The notes beneath the pieces were generated by a model. It saw only the letters and a program-made list of their open reading frames with translations, had not been told where the DNA came from and searched no databases. DNA of 64,000 nucleotides from Bispira polyomma (lineage: Eukaryota): assembly GCA_965649765.1 (NCBI GenBank), contig OZ287753.1, forward strand, positions 72,664,001 to 72,728,000, read 5' to 3'. Made by a program: the position numbers and the translations under genes. Shown here piece after piece: positions 62,603 to 64,000 of the stretch. Positions within the stretch are counted from its first letter, which is position 1. Each line of letters starts with the position of its first letter.

Positions 62603-64000
62603 TAGTGTAAATGTGCAGCACCCTTGGATTGTGCTAATCCCTGAAGGAGCTGAAACTAAACAATTGGTTGACACGGGAGAAGAACCCAAGCTGGGGGTGT
62701 AAACTGTAAAGTCGGCTGAGACCCCAAGAGTGGTGATATCAGACTATAAACCTGGCATTTACATTTTTGCATTTACAACAATTCAGATCTGTCTATTGAG
62801 GGGTGTCTTGGATATATTGCCCACTGTCAGAATAAAACAGTCTGCTTAGTAGCACGTTACAAGCAAAGTAAAGGCCTATTGTATTTTGTATTGTTTTATA
62901 AATCTATTGCAATTATAAAGTCTGACAGTTGAAAACTTTGTTTCGTCCGTAATGCCTTCAAGTCACAATATGTGCTTACAGCCAAAAAATACCACCTTAT
63001 CCTGATTGCATCTCACTTTTTGAAGTATTTCTGTTTTAATAATGAAGTGTGAAAAATTAAAGTTACATATTTGTTTCATTATTTTATATTCAACCTTGGA
63101 CACAGACAGATTGAAAGTAAAGTGAGTAATAGAAACTCATGGTTACAACGTGGCCAAAGTCATTATCTCAAAAATTAAATATGCAAACAAATATATTGTT
63201 ATGTAATCTAATAATAATATTGTTTGAGGCTACACAAAGTGAAATTTATTTATGTTTAATTTAGTCAGGTTTACTCTCACAAAATTACTATGCAAATAGA
63301 CAATAATTCTATTTCAAGAAAATTTTGTCAGGTAAAGGAATGACCATAACCAGGTGGTTAAATTTAGTTAGAATAAAGATTTTATGACAGTTGTTTTTCC
63401 AAAAAAATGAGTTAAATTCTGTTTTCTAATTCGTTAACATTTTCTAATGCTTTAGAGAAGTTAAAGGTAATCATTTCTTTTAGGTCAATTAAAAACTTTT
63501 TATTTTAGGCAGCCTCTAAGGAGCTCTGTAAACCATCTAAAATGAGACTTGTGGAGTGGACAAATGGTGTTATTTTATTTCCTTTGATTTCAAAAGTTCT
63601 ATGTAATAATTCCAGTTTAAACTGCAATACTAACATTTACATTTCTAAATTTTCAGCTGTTTGGACTTAATATTTGGATATTTGGTCAAATATCAATTTT
63701 GTGGCGGTTGCAGTTAATATAAAGCATATCAAACTAATAATTGTATTCTAAACTACTTTATTAATGTATAAAATTTTCAAATTTATAAAAAATAACTAAA
63801 ATACTAAAGAATCTAGAATTATCCAGTAATATATATTATATGGAAAATAACTTTTTGAACTAAATGAAATATAAAAATAAACAGTCAAATTACAGTAACA
63901 AACATGTAAAACAGTAGAAAATATAAAAATGAAAATGGCACAAAATTTAGACTTTATATTGTTATGTCAAACATTTTAACCTGTTACAAAGAAACCGATT

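Overview
AT-rich, intron-containing animal genomic DNA, probably from an invertebrate; the SINE, Helentron and DIRS repertoire suggests a mollusc or other lophotrochozoan (inference). Two host genes can be built by hand. (1) A + strand gene, 5' end not found, has 8 visible coding exons (11211-23928, about 943 aa). It encodes five CX2CX4HX4C zinc knuckles, a long Arg/Ser-Pro region and a Gly/Pro/Gln/Tyr/Met low-complexity C-terminus. (2) A - strand 3-exon Golgi type II sulfotransferase of the HS2ST/UST family (51681-48862, about 344 aa). In my models each gene uses one intron with the same non-canonical donor, AAG|GCAGGA. The rest is mostly mobile DNA. DIRS-type tyrosine-recombinase retrotransposon pieces: a decayed gag-RT/RH-MT-YR copy with ICR and right ITR (1-4294), a left ITR+gag copy (30016-31962), and orphan termini (39690-40065, 44645-44737). 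Other elements: tRNA-derived SINEs with TSDs, Helentron-like elements with ~170-bp satellite arrays, hAT and Tc1/mariner MITEs, L2 and L1/Tx1 LINE fragments, Kolobok-like and Ginger/KRBA2-like transposase relics, a ~1.7-kb inverted duplication and several minisatellites. All calls were made by eye; no alignment or database search was run.
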